This document shows, piece after piece, positions 25,390 through 38,500 of a stretch of DNA of 64,000 nucleotides. Location: the NCBI GenBank assembly GCA_951406725.2, contig OX597815.1, forward strand, positions 91,574,001 through 91,638,000, given 5' to 3'. How positions within the stretch are numbered: the stretch's first letter is position 1; each line of letters opens with the position of its first letter. Origin of the DNA: Octopus vulgaris (lineage: Eukaryota). The translations under genes were made by a program, and so were the position numbers. The notes under the pieces were generated by a model. The model was not told the origin of the DNA. It made no database searches and saw only the letters and a program-made list of their open reading frames with translations.

Positions 25390-26500
25390 TGCCTGAAGAA
25401 AAGATATGGGCTGGAGGGAATTCTAGTAGGTTGTGCCTCTGAGGAAAATTGGAAAAAGGTATTTAGGAAGGACCTGTGGGAGTGTTGGGTTGGCTTTGAG
25501 AGAGGTTATATGCAGCTTACTCATTCAGAGGAACACAGGCAGAAAGAAGAAATAGTTCATGTAAGCCTGTGCTTGTAACATGTTGGTTAGTGAATTTTTG
25601 TGTTGCAAAGGAAAGGCTTTTTTCAGTTTTGTGTCTATTGCAACAGCAGCAGCACAATTATGTAATAATTCTCTTTTATATTTTTAGCTATAATGGCCTA
25701 GTCAGAGAAGTTCCAACTCCCATGAACCTTTTTCAGGACCTCCAAGACTGGTGAAAGAAAGGGAGGGTATTATCCTCAGTTTGCAGACTTAGAATGAATG
25801 CTTGTAATACAATGGACTCTGCTAATGGCATCTAAAGTGATGGGTTAATTTTACTACCGAAGAACAGAGACTATCCCTCCAAAGGGCTTCCATGTAGTTT
25901 CTGTCTAAAAAATTTTGAGTGCAAAGCTTTTTTTGTTGGCTGAAGGCTGTGGAAAAAAAAGTACTCAGTTGAGGTGCTGCACAGTGGAAATCAAAAATCA
26001 AAACCCATAATTGCAAAGTAACTGCAACCATGCCTGATGTGAATCTTACTTTGGCTTTATAAAGAATCGCTAGTTAATAGAGATTAAAACATTAGGGGAA
26101 CTCTGAAGAGAACATTTGCAATTGTTAAGGCTAGCATTACAGTGACTTTGATGGCTTTAAGTATGTGTTGTTCTCGTTAGGAGTATATGTAGTGAAAACT
26201 GTAAAACCATTTCCTTCGTTGTTTAGCAATTGTGTCTTTATGCAGTTGAAGGAGACTGGTTTGTCAGGTTTTCATTGAAAGGTATTGTTAAGGTTTCTGT
26301 TCATGGAAATAAATGTCTGGTGTGAGATTGTGTTTGTATGGTACTTGTATGCAGAAAGTTTAAAAGTTGGTATTTTCTGCTTTTAGAGTCTGTGTGGTTA
26401 TAAGTTACAACAGCGCACACAGGTCGTTGATGTACAAATCAAATAGAGCTGGAGACAGCCTCGTCAGTGCAAGCTGTAATGAAGCGGTCTTAACAAACAT
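25390..26500 (-). mobile_element. Degenerate 5'-truncated LINE (RT and 3' region) with an internal SINE fragment at about 25820-26035
   Basis: Minus-strand translation of 26458-26420 gives LSPALFDLYINDL (non-LTR RT motif); the 3' part resembles 17830-18080. Confidence 0.65.
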
Positions 26501-27234
26501 CATCATCATCAGTAGCAGCAACTATGTTGCACTTTTTATAAATAACGTAATATTTGTCACTAATGCAGTGATGATGATAATATTGTGATTGTTAATAATA
26601 TGGATCATTATGTAAAATCTATCATCATCATCATTGTCATTATCATTGTGTATCGTATGAACTTTCTTTTCTTTCTCCTGCTCCTCTGCCTCACCATCAT
26701 CATCCTCATCACTAATTATTCTGAAGCATTGAATTGCTAACCACAAATGGAATGATGTTAGTCATTCAAATGGAGTAAAATAAAATAATAAAAGATAACA
26801 ATTTTGAGCAAGGTTCTCAAGGTTGTATAATCCAAAAATGTTCAATAATTTTTCTTTTTATTCTTATTTTATTATTTTTCATTTTTGTTTCATGTTAAAA
26901 TCTGCTGCATAGTGTTCTTTTAGGCATATAAAACACAACTGCTGGATTATAATATGAAAATAATAATAATGCTAGTTGAAATAACATTTAATAATAACAA
27001 TAATAATAATTTGAAAAAACTTGCCCAAAAATCATGCAAATGCTTTGTTACAATGGCAGATCTCATCAGAAAATTCCCCCTGTGTGATTGGTAATATCAT
27101 TTTCAATTGTTCTGTATGAGATAATCTGGAAGAAATATGACAGAAATGGCAGCTACATGACTTGGAATAAATGTCACAGAGAAAAAAATTCATAATATAA
27201 TGTCATTGGATTCTCTTTTATTATATAAATACAT

Positions 27235-27289
<55 letters not shown>

Positions 27290-27845
27290 ATTTTTTAGTT
27301 TAGTACATTTTACTACAGCTATTGTTGTTGATGCTGTATGAAGAAAAATTTGGAATTTACTGTTTAATATGTCTATAACAAACAAATAAATACAAATGGC
27401 AATGGCATAGAAAATGAAAAACATTGGGCTTTCTTTTCAAATTTTATTATGATGCATTGAGCCGGTGAGAAAACTAGCTCGTGTAATATAATTCATCTTG
27501 TAAAATAATCAATATATGTTTATAATGATACATATAGTTTAATGATGCTGATTGACTTTTAAAACATACATGTGTGTATATGCGTGTGCGCATGTGTGTG
27601 TGTAATGGTGAGTTGTATATGTTTGTCAAATTGATTTGATCTGAGTTTCTGTTGTGGCTAAAACAATTGCATTGTAGTTGAGTCATTGAAGTCATTAAAA
27701 AAAGACATATTCTGTTGTAATCACTTCTGTTTAAATATTTATGAATGTGTTTTTCTGGTAATGACTTCTTCCATAACTAAGTCAAATATTTTGGGAGAGG
27801 TTTAGTTAATGTAATATAATACACTGATATATATATATATATGTT

Positions 27846-27892
<47 letters not shown>

Positions 27893-27994
27893 CTGATATA
27901 TATGTGTATATAGTATACTGATATATATACATATACATTTATATATATAATGTACTGATATATATATATATATACACATACATATAATGCCTTT

Positions 27995-28395
27995 TATCTC
28001 TTACTTGTTTCAGTCATTGGACTGCAGCCATGCTAGGACACTGCATTGAAGGGTTATTTTTTTGAAAAAAAATCGATCACAGTACTTTTATTTTTCAGTC
28101 TGGTACTTATTCTATCAGTTTTGGGGGGCTGAACTGCTAAGTTATATAGGCATAAACAAATCAACACCAATTGTCAAGCAGTGGTAGGGGATAACAAAAG
28201 AAATACAAAGATATATATGCATACATGTATATATGACAGGTTTCTTTCAGTTTCCGTTTACTAAATCCATTCACAAAGCTTTGATCAGCCCAGGGCTATA
28301 ATTGACGACACTTGCCCAATGTACCATGCCACGGGACAGATCTCATAACTATGTGGTTGGAAAGTAAACTTCTTACCATATAGCCACACCTGCAG
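27995..28395 (-). mobile_element. SINE family A
   Basis: Full-length diverged reverse-complement copy of 49315-49683. Confidence 0.85.
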
Positions 28396-28721
28396 AATAA
28401 ATGTAAATAAATATGCATGCAAAGCATGATCCTCTGACATGTCTAGAAGGATAGTATCTCCTAATAAGAACTTGGGTAAACCATGCCAGTATGGAAAGCA
28501 GACTTGATATAATAATGATGACCATCATCATCATCATCATCATCATCATCTGTGTGTGTGTGAGCATGCATGGTGGAATCAGTCAATGCCTTGAATATTT
28601 AGTTATATTCCTTTACACTCGATTTATATCCCACTAAGGTCACATTTGACTTTTATTCTTCTGAGAAGGTTGGTAAGATAAGTGCCAGTCAAAACCTTGG
28701 GAGCTGCGGAAACTCTGCACA

Positions 28722-28862
28722 CTCTCCTACCCTGATGTAATCTCCAGGGATACAGGCATCCAGCAACAGCACCTCTGTAATGCTATGATGGACCGTGAAG
28801 TCTGGCGTAGCATGGTAAATTCCATTGTCTCGACCACGGTCGAACAATGATGATGATGATGA
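28722..28862 (+). mobile_element. RTE-clade LINE 3' end
   Basis: LSYPDVISRDTGIQQQHLCNAMMDREVWRSMVNSIVSTTVEQ* (DRxxWR C-terminal motif) followed by a (TGA)n tail. Confidence 0.75.
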
Positions 28863-28888
28863 CTAATCAGAAATACCAATGGGAAATA

Positions 28889-28918
28889 TACGAGGGTAAT
28901 CCCAAAAGTAAGGTCTCC
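28889..28918 (+). mobile_element. Solo mariner-like terminal sequence
   Basis: TA-CGAGGGTAATCCCAAAAGTAAGGTCTCC; partner end not found. Confidence 0.4.
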
Positions 28919-28983
28919 AAAGCACGGGGGATGCAGGAAAACTGTGCACTGTTGAGGTTGCTTTATTGCTCACAAGACTAAAG

Positions 28984-29020
28984 AGTCACCTTACCTGAGA
29001 AGAAGAATAAGAGAAAGTGT
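28984..29020 (-). promoter_or_regulatory. Candidate recursive splice site or 5-nt microexon
   Basis: Minus strand: ctttctcttattcttcttctcag|GTAAG|gtgact; junction 28995/28994. Confidence 0.45.
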
Positions 29021-29399
29021 TCACTTTATGTAGATGTTGCGAAGTTAATGTATGATGACAGGAGTAGGGATAGATTTGTTGTGGGAGAGATACTATTATG
29101 TGCATGCATGTGTGTGTGCTTTGTTTTGGGTTGTCAACTCCTGTTGGAGTTGTAGGACACTGTTGTGATATGCTGGGTGTCTTGGGCAACTTAGTAGAGC
29201 CCATTCCTATCTAGGTCTGACTCCAGTTGATTTTTTTCCCCTAAATGACAGCCAAATAGACAGACAGACAGACAAAGGACTAATAGCAAACTTCACCTTA
29301 ATGGCATTAGAACTTAGAAAGCAGGAACAAATTCTGTAAGGCAATTTATTTGATAGTCTAACAACTTGGCCACTTCACTTTGTATATATTGTGTGTATA

Positions 29400-29457
<58 letters not shown>

Positions 29458-29829
29458 TACAGACACATATATATAAATACATGCATGCATATATTATATG
29501 CATATAAATATATATATATGCATATATGTGTGTGAGTGTGTCTGGTAAGAAAAATATAACTATATGTATATATATACACACACACACATATATGCATAGA
29601 TATATACATACATATAAATATGCAAATATGTATGTGTATATATATGTCCATGCGTATTTGCATATATATGTGTGCATATACACATATATGAATATATATA
29701 ATATATAGATATGCATACATATATACAGTCACACACATATGCTCTCTCACACACATACACACACATATATTATATTTCATATAATATAGGACAGAGGCTG
29801 GAAAACATGTCTCTGCACTGTTGTTTTAG

Positions 29830-29866
29830 GTCTTATTCCGGAAATGCTGCTTCTGCTAGTGGCAAT
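29830..29866 (+). CDS. Candidate 37-nt exon: (R)SYSGNAASASGN
   Basis: ctctgcactgttgttttag acceptor, gtgagt donor; entry phase 2 matches the exit phase of 12561-12677. Confidence 0.5.
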
Positions 29867-30379
29867 GTGAGTTCTTTAATCTTTTACGTTTTTTTTTTCT
29901 TCAAACACATTCATTATATGTATATAATTTTTTTTTTCCTCTTGTCATATCTTCTTCTATAGAAGATATCATCTTGTTTCTAGCCAGAACAAATTCTTTT
30001 GCAAATACAATACAACATTATGTGCAATACAATATTAACTAGTCACTGAAGTTTCCCAAGTAACACGAGTAGATACATAGATATATTGTGAAGAAATTTT
30101 CTTCACAATGACATGGTTCTGGGTTTGATCCCGTTTCATGGCTTGAGCGAGTGATATGTGCCATAACCTCAGGTTGGCTGTCTTCCCAACATCTTGTGGG
30201 CAGAGTTTGGTAAACTGAAACTGCGTAGAAGACAATCATGTTAGTTTGCACACATGTGTGTTTTGTGTGTGTCGTTGTGCTGTGTGTTATGTGTGTACCT
30301 TTCACCAACATATATCAGTGAAACAGATGTAAACATGTGCAAGAAAATCAATAAACTAATGCTTTAGAAACAAAAATAC

Positions 30380-30473
30380 CCTGTGGCATTTGTTCTGCTT
30401 CACTTGCACAGATGCTCCCTTGTCACCCTTGCCATCAAATACGCAGTGAACCAATGATTGGCCCATTGGAAGC
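30380..30473 (-). CDS. Candidate 94-nt exon: (R)LPMGQSLVHCVFDGKGDKGASVQVKQNKCHR
   Basis: ttcctatgttgttagttaacag acceptor, AGG|gtattt donor, open frame, more GC-rich than flanks; ATG at 30466. Confidence 0.45.
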
Positions 30474-30540
30474 CTGTTAACTAACAACATAGGAATAAAA
30501 TATAAGTGAAAAATAAATAAATTATATCAGAGTATCTTAC

Positions 30541-30602
30541 CTACTATACAAAACTGTTTATTATTTTTCTTTTTAACTTAGCAGTATTAGTTATTATATA
30601 GT
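30541..30602 (-). other. Candidate non-coding (UTR) exon
   Basis: tttctactatgttcag acceptor, TAG|gtaaga donor, 67-nt intron to the 30473 exon. Confidence 0.3.
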
Positions 30603-30921
30603 CTGAACATAGTAGAAACATTTTTACTTATAAGATTACATACTGTTTACAATCAATTAACTGTATGGAGTTCTCAGATATCAAAATACAGTATAGTATC
30701 TTTTAAGTGAACTGTACACATGTACACAAACACATCATGCACACACACGCACATACATAAACACACACACACACAATTTTATTGACAGTGACTTATTCGT
30801 GTAATTAGGTAAACATTTGTGTTTACAAACTAGATGAAAAAGTATTCACTATGAAAAGTTTATGGGGACTTTTGTTTTTGTTTTTGTTTTTTTTTTAAGT
30901 TTTTGTGGGGGATTATTTTTA

Positions 30922-31027
30922 TTATTTTGAGTGAAACTTCACAAGTTACAACTAATTTCTCAGTTAAATCAGTCTTGGAAACATGAAGCGGATAATTGTA
31001 ACTTGTGAGGCTTCAGCTTCAAAATAA
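30922..31027. mobile_element. Small MITE-like inverted repeat
   Basis: ttattttgagtgaaacttcacaagttacaa / ttgtaacttgtgaggcttcagcttcaaaataa. Confidence 0.65.
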
Positions 31028-31615
31028 AAACTACACATGCACACATGCATGCATGCACACTCTCATTCATGCACGCACACATATGCACACACATATGCAC
31101 ACACATAGCAGAGGAATCTATACTAGCAGAAGTCGACAAATCTTTGAATGGAGTTTGTTCCCTTATTTAGTTTATGTTTGACTATAACAATACAGAATGG
31201 GGCCAGCTTGAAAGTAAATACATTGTAAACATAAACCTGTACATGTTTGTTGTATGTTTGATGTGAATGCTCAGATGACAGCTGGTAAAGGAACTCCACA
31301 ATACTTACAATTACAGCCAAGAGTCTGCTCCTGTCCAACTCCTACACTTCAGTAGTTTCTATGTCTCAATGTGCTTTCATCTCTTTTCATATATTACTTA
31401 CTGAATGACTCCTAATTTGAAACCAGCCTAAACACCATCAAAAAAGTTTCCATAATCATTGCAAGATTTTCTTTAATGATGGCCTATGTATTTTTGGGGT
31501 TTTTTTTGTGTTGGGTGTGGGTTGAAGTTTCAGCCTACTGCCCCATTGTAGCAACATCAGCCTAAATACAAGTTCAGATTAACTACAGTATTGTTGAAGT
31601 TTTATGCAGGACACA

Positions 31616-31880
31616 GCAGGTGTTGGCATGTGGTTAAGAAGCTTACATTCTAAACACGTGATTTTAGGTTCAGTCCCACTGCATGGTAGCTTGGGCAAAT
31701 ATACTGTAGCCCCAGGCCAACTAGAACCTTATGAGTGGATTTGGTAGACAGAAACTGAAAGAAATCTGGTGTGTGTGTGTGGATGTGTGTAAAAAATAAG
31801 TACTGGGTTCAATTTCTTCCAGTAAATGCTTCAAGGCAGTGCCCCTGCATGGCTACAGTTCAATGAGTGAAACAAAAGAA
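31616..31880 (+). mobile_element. SINE family A, internally deleted
   Basis: Head (ggttcagtcccactg) and tail (gaaacaaaagaa) present. Confidence 0.8.
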
Positions 31881-31999
31881 AGATAAATAAACTGTGGTTT
31901 ATAAGTACTAACAACAATGTGTACATAAAATATTGTGCTTGGAGATTTCATACTCATTTTCTCTATGTGAGTCACACATGTAGCATTCATCTCAAATAC

Positions 32000-32060
32000 C
32001 TTGTTGTCAAATACATTCAAACAGTAGTCTTCTTCATGTAGCACAGACTAAATTTCACAG
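32000..32060 (-). CDS. Candidate 61-nt exon with possible start codon: MYLTT(R)
   Basis: ttcagttcttctctacag acceptor, AAG|gtattt donor; ATG at 32016 is in phase with the 30473 exon. Confidence 0.35.
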
Positions 32061-32779
32061 CTGTAGAGAAGAACTGAATAAGAAAATACCTTGAATGATA
32101 TATTAGTGACTTGAATAGTATAAAATTGACTTGAATAGCGTACTAATGACTTGAACTTCATGCTGGATGATAAACATCTATTTAAATGTTGTTATAAGCC
32201 CAGCAAATGCTAGTCAATAACTGAAAATTGTAAAATGTTTGAAAAATATACAAAAGAACATGTAACTAACATCAGGACAGTTGGACTGGTAACAACCAAA
32301 TATTCAATTTATGCTTTAGCTGGATTCTCTTCTTACCACTAAACATTTAATTTTAAAATACAAACTCATGCAAATAGTGTTAGGTGTCTATCTCAGAAAC
32401 ATAGTAGAGCAGTTCTTCTAGGCTTGATAATAGTCCAATAATCTTAGTTCCATAGTTACTGTCCCACTCATTCTTGTATTTTGAAAGTCTAAGCTAATTT
32501 AAAAGAGCATTTTGTGCCAGTGCTCAGTATTGGTCATATGTAGCCATCAAAAGACTGTCATTGTTTTTGTCAGGTTTAGTTATTAAGTTCAAGGTCCACT
32601 CTGTTTAGACCAAAACTACTGAAATTTGGAAGTTTATTTTTCTCTCTATAATTATAATGCCAAATATTATTACTTGAATAGTAAATGTTACTTTTATAGT
32701 AATACATATATGTGCATGTCTTTATGTGTGTGTGTCTGTGTATGTGTATTTATATCTCTCTCTCTTTATATTGATATAC

Positions 32780-33183
32780 TCTTTACTCTTATACTTGTTT
32801 CAGTCATTTGACTGCGGCCATGCTGGAGCACCGCCTTTAGTCGAGCAAATCAACCCCAGGACTTATTCTTTGTAAGCTTAGTACTTATTCTATTGGTCTA
32901 TTTTGCCGAACCGCTAAGTTACAGGGATGTAAACACACCAGCATCGGTTGTCAGTGATGTTGGTGGGGACAAACACAGACACACAAACACACACACACAT
33001 ATATATATATACATATATACGACAGGCTTCTTTCAGTTTCCGTCTACCAAATCCACTCACAAGGCTTTGGTCGGCCCGAGGCTATAGTAGAAGACACTTG
33101 CCCAAGGTGCCACGCAATGGGACTGAACCCGGAACCATGTGGTTGGTAAGCAAGCTACTTACCACACAGCCACTCCTGCACCT
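32780..33183 (-). mobile_element. SINE family A, young near-intact copy
   Basis: Close reverse-complement match to 49315-49683; CpGs retained. Confidence 0.9.
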
Positions 33184-33391
33184 ATATACATATAATTAAA
33201 TTTTAGTATTGCATTGCTTCACCAAAAATAACTAATAAGAAAATTCAACACAGTTTGTGTTAGTCCACATGTAAGAAAGATTTCAATAACAAATACAAAT
33301 TATATAAATGGACTTATTCATTTATTTAATACATTCAATTATTATTGATTTATTCAACCATGTTGCAAGGATATGAATAAATCCATATATA

Positions 33392-33609
33392 TACAAGGTA
33401 TTCATAAATTATCTTTACAACTTCCACAATTTATTGTATTGTATCATCTAGATGTATTGTGTGCAACCAATGGAGGCCATATGGAAGTGTTCTGATGTTT
33501 CTAATAAAATTTTACTTGTTTGCCAATAAACTCTACTAAGTTATCCTTATTTTTCATTTTTCTTTTCTGTAATTTTCAAGTTATAAAGGTAATTTATGGA
33601 CAGTCTGTG
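33392..33609 (+). mobile_element. Tc1/mariner-superfamily deletion derivative (MITE)
   Basis: TA-caaggtattcataaattatctttacaactt ... aagttataaaggtaatttatggacagtctg TIRs; internal YHLDVLCATNGGHMEVF* (33442-33495) resembles a transposase C-terminus. Confidence 0.75.
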
Positions 33610-33614
33610 TAATC

Positions 33615-33915
33615 ATATCGTCATCAACATTTATTGTCCATTTTCCATGCTAACATAGGTTGGACAGCTTAACAGGAACTGACAAGGCCAGGGGCCACGC
33701 CTGGTTCCAGTTTGTTTTAGCTTGGTTTCTATGGTTGGATGCCCTTCCTAATACCCACCACTTACAGGGTGTACTGGGTGCTTTTTATATGGCACCAGCA
33801 TTCATACCAATGCTTTTTATGTGGCACCTTGCTTTTAGGATCTCAATTCTGTTGTGGTGGACAGGTCTGCTTGAGTACAGCAATGCACCACATATCTTGG
33901 TCCCCTGTCATCTCC
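33615..33915 (-). mobile_element. Repeat family C (ggttggcgttaggaagggcatccagc...ccaacccatgctagcatgg...(gat)n tail)
   Basis: Shared with 34090-34365 (+), 46630-46935, 51625-51775, 55762-55906 and 58482-58975. Confidence 0.8.
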
Positions 33916-33973
33916 TTTATAATAGAGAGAGAGAGAGAGAGGCATATATGAAACATATATGCACATGTATGTC

Positions 33974-34012
<39 letters not shown>

Positions 34013-34089
34013 TATTGGAAGCTGGAACTTAACAAATCATTACTCAGAGTTTTTTTGTTTCTATAGAAGATGGAATATAAAAATGCTTC

Positions 34090-34365
34090 ATAGCAATGCC
34101 TGTATGGTGCCATGTAAAAAACTCCTGTGTGGCACCACCTAGAAAGCACCATTGTGGTGTCACATAAAAGTGCCTGAGTATTGCCATGTAAAAGCACCCA
34201 GCACACTCTATAGAGGGGTTGGTGTTAGGAAGGGCATCCAGCCATAGAAACCATGCCAAATCAGACTGGAATCTGACACAGCTCTCCAACTGGCCAGCCC
34301 TGGTCAAACTATCCAACCCATGCCAGCATGGACAATAAATATTAAATGATGATGATGATGATGAT
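34090..34365 (+). mobile_element. Repeat family C
   Basis: ggtgttaggaagggcatccagcc...ccaacccatgccagcatgg...(gat)n. Confidence 0.85.
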
Positions 34366-34869
34366 TATATAGCATTGTATTCCAAGGTACAAGTATGGTG
34401 GTGTAGCTAAGAAGTTCACTTTCAACCACAGGGTTTGGGGTTCAGTCCCACTGTGCAACACTTTGAGCAAATGTTTTCTACTATAACCCCAGCTCAACCA
34501 AAACTTTATACATGCATTTGGGAGACAGAAACTGAAAGAAGCCCATGGTATATGTGTATATGTATGTGCATCTGCTTATATGTGTGTGTGCATATGTGTT
34601 TGTTTACATTTGCTCTTCTATGAAAATCATGAGCTGCAAATAGTAATATTATTGTCATTTCTCTAGTCAACAAATCATTTGCTGGCTTTGCAGCTTTGAA
34701 GAGATATAAAATAACAAATCACTCGTTTATTAAAATGGTAAGGGTTGGCATCCAGCTATTAAAGCAGTGTTTCAATAATATAATTTTCTAACCCATACTA
34801 GCATGGGAAAATTTATACAAAACTGAACTGAACAAACACACACACATACACATGCATGCACACATGATG

Positions 34870-35118
34870 ATGGACTCTCCTGTCATAGACAGCTGCTGAG
34901 GGTTCCATTTGTTGCTGAACAACCTGCCCAGATGATTTGTCTATTATGATTAAATGTTCGTTTTGTACAGGTGCACAGTATACCACATCTGAGGCATTGA
35001 AGTTGTTCGCAGAGCATTGTGAAGTAAAGTGTTTTGCTCAAGAATGCAATGCACCACCCAGTCCAGGAACTGAAACCACAATCATGAATACAACACCCTA
35101 ACCAATAGGCCATACACC
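34870..35118 (-). mobile_element. SINE family E (gtgaaatgaagtgttttgctcaagaa...ccttaaccact)
   Basis: tRNA-like head on the minus strand; related copy at 45935-46140. Confidence 0.65.
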
Positions 35119-35194
35119 TTCTCTCTCTCTCTCTCTCTATTTCTCTATCTCTCTCTCTCTCTCTTTCTCATCTATATATATATGTATGTATCTT

Positions 35195-35570
35195 TTATCT
35201 ATTGCTTGTTTCAGTCATTAGCCTCCAGCCATGCTGGGGCACCACCTTGAAGAATTTCTTTGTCAAATATACTTACTTTTTAAAGCCTGGTACTTATTGT
35301 ATCAGTCACTTTTTGCCAAACCGCTAAGTTACAGGGATGTAAACACACCACCAGTTGTCAAACAGTAAGGGGGTGGACAAACACAGACTCAAAGACACAC
35401 ACATAGATATATTTATATATACACATATATATGATGATCTTCTTTCAGTTTCCATCTCCCAAATCCAAGCACAGGGCTTTGGACAGCCCAGGGCTAAAGT
35501 AGAAGGCACTTGTCCAAGGAGCTGAATTTGGAATCGTGTTTAGGAAGCAAGCTTCTTATCATACAGCTTG
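35195..35570 (-). mobile_element. SINE family A
   Basis: ccgctaagttacagggatgtaaacacacca and other diagnostic motifs. Confidence 0.8.
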
Positions 35571-38229
35571 TGATATAGATATATATTACATTCCATCTTT
35601 ATGTTCTATGTTTCATAAGCATCCTGAGATCAGAAACAAGAAATTCTGAATATCAATTTATGAAATCTCAACTTCCAGATTATATATAGCTTTGCTCCCT
35701 GTATTGAGTACTTTTTTTTCTCCTTCTTGATGACACAATGTGTATGTGTCTATATGTGTATGCTTGTGGAGAAAGCTTGTCATTATTTAGGTTTTAGTTT
35801 TTGTATACCACTAATTGATATTTACAAATTGTGCTGAAATGCAGATGATATATTTATGGAGGATAATGTCTTTGATCTTAAGTATTTTTCTATATTTGTG
35901 TGTTTTGTATATGTATGCATACTTTTATATGTTTTATTTTTAATGTGTTGCTTCTGTATTTAGTTTACTTTGATAATTGCGGTCTATGTATCATAATCAC
36001 ACACATACATATATCTATATGTATATGAATGTGTGTCTTTGCCCTTATGCCTAACAATGAATATATTAATCTGTCACACTGCTCAATATATATACTTGAA
36101 TGTATGCTTTGCATATTTGTAGTTACTTTTTTTATGTGTGCCAGTAAATATTTATGTGTTTGCCCTTATAAGTGCAGCATGTTTGTTTACACATGTTTAC
36201 TTTCATAAGTACTGTCTGCATTTCGAAAGACTTTTTCCCCCTCTGTGCGTGTATGTGTGTGTGTGTGTGTGTGTGCACATGCGCACGCACTCTAAAGTGA
36301 ATAAGTTAACGAGGGCCTTTTTTTCTGAAAACTGCTCATGGCATTTGTGCTTTCATGAGTGTATGTATGTGTGTATATGTAATGTGCATATTGTTTTCAG
36401 TTATGTGTTATTTTCATGTTTTCTGTATGTGTCTCTTAAATGTGCTTTTCTTTTGTTAACAATGCAATTGTTTATATGCACTCAGTACTCTATGCATGTT
36501 TTTTTGCCTTAAAAGACAAGGAGGTGTTTTATATATACAATACACACAAAAAGTATGGTCCTGTGGTTAGAGGTTCACTACACAACCACATTGTTCGCAG
36601 TTAAATTACAGTGTGTGGGGACCCTCAGCTAATGTCTATACTGCTCCTTTGATTGACCAAAGCCATGTAAGCAAAATTCATTTGAAGGAAATTTTATATA
36701 TGTGTATATATGCATGCATGTACATTTCATAAGCCAGGGTAAAATAGTTCATTGAATTGCATCCTTTACATCAAACAACCAACATTAGCCATTCAGAAAA
36801 TTGAGAGTGCTAAACTGAAATAAAAACTGGGTTTAATATGTATGAAGAAGAAAATGACAAAATCTGTTGCAATTTTTGATAACAAAATATTTATTCTTTT
36901 CATACACAAAAAGTATAGCCTGTCATTACTACAAACAAAATGTCAAGAGTGAATTGTTCTTGATGTAATTGTAGTAGCAGTCAAAATATCATTGATCATT
37001 GTGTTGCTGTCATTGGTCATTCATTGTGGTTGTTGTCTGCTCAGGTCAGCTGCTGTCTGTCATCTCCATTGGCCTTCTCCTATGATGGCTGTCATTGCTC
37101 TCTGGTTAAGTAGGTAAGGTGTGCCAAATTTATACTGAGAGAGAGGCACAAAAAGATGGCACTTTTGCTGAAACCAGTTCTGGGCAAAGTTGTGATTTGG
37201 TTAGATTTTTTTATCATATGGATTTTTTTTTATCGCATCGAGTGATTTCTGAATATTCCCTCTACAAATATAATTGACTAAAAACCCATGAAGGCAGTGC
37301 TCCAGCATGGCCACAGTCTAATGACTGAAACTAATATAAGTGCTTATATTATTTTCCTGTTTTGTGCTAACTGAACTATAGTGTATGTTATCCACAGATT
37401 TTAGCTATAAAAGTATATGTGCACATCTAAATGTGTGTTTGTCTCACATTTCTGCTAATTCACTTCCCTATCATTATACAAAAATAGATATTTGTTTGCC
37501 ATTGTTTAGAGTCCCCCTGAAAACATTCATTTTTCTCTTCCTTTCATTTTTCATTAAATCTTTCTAGGATAAAGATATTCTAGTGTATCATTATTCCAGA
37601 ACATTCTTTAAAAACTAATCCTTTTCTTTAAAATCTAATCCTTTCTGAATCACATGGGGCTGGTATTCAATTCCAGTTTCTGCAATGTTAAGCGGATGAG
37701 AAATAAATCTTTCTCAAAGCAAGATACTGGTTCATTGCAGGCATCATTTCCTATAAAAAGTACAGAAATCAGGATTACAGTCCAATAAAACACTTGTCTC
37801 CTCCAAAACATTGCCATCACTGTGGTGGATTACCCCGCTTAGAGTTAGGCTGGGCCAAAAATGTAGCTGTGGCCTGGTTTTAGAATCTACTAGAAATAGA
37901 AACCAAATTTGCTTATATCACAACTTACTACCTTTAAAACAAAAGACAAGATGGTAACAGCTAATCAGAAGTCTAACAAATTAGGACTAAGCTGGAACTA
38001 AACAATCAAAACAGCAACAACTTGAGTCGTTTAGAGTAGAGTTATTCCACGGACATACTCTAGTGCTGCCTAAGACTATTTGCAAACTGTCTTGGACTAA
38101 CTGACTGCTGCATTCTTTCTTGGCAATCTACAGATCTCTGAACTTGAATGTTATTTTCTTTTATCTAATATTTCTATTTGTGAATAATGTCCTAATTTAT
38201 GCAAAGTGGAGACCAAAGAGTCACTGCAT

Positions 38230-38500
38230 GTTTGTAGATAGAAATGACAAGAAGCATTTCTGTTCCTAACTTTTGACGGTTTGTATTTCTTTTACAAAAA
38301 CAGCTCTGATTATAACTTTTGGAAGTTTGTTCCACAGATTAATAACAAGGTGCAGGAAGCTTATTACAAGTGTATGTGACTGAACAACGGACATCAAGAA
38401 GCTACCTATAGGTGTGAAAATATGACTTCTTGTAAAGGATTTTCATTGTGAGATGGTAGCATAAACCTGAGTTTCAATTCTTATGCATACATTTATGTCT
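38230..38500 (-). mobile_element. CR1/L2-like LINE 3' remnant
   Basis: Minus-strand translation near 38360-38300 gives FLHLVINLWNKLPKVII (WNxLP motif). Confidence 0.5.

Noticed and set aside
26445-26470. Minus-strand CUGACGAG-GCUG-UCUC-CAGC hammerhead-like start
   Set aside because: No GAAA follows; the sequence is explained as the RT motif LSPALF
32000-32060. In-frame TAG (CEI*SVLHEEDYC) that A-to-I editing could recode to Trp
   Set aside because: No pairing partner or homology seen; the downstream ATG in another frame is a simpler reading
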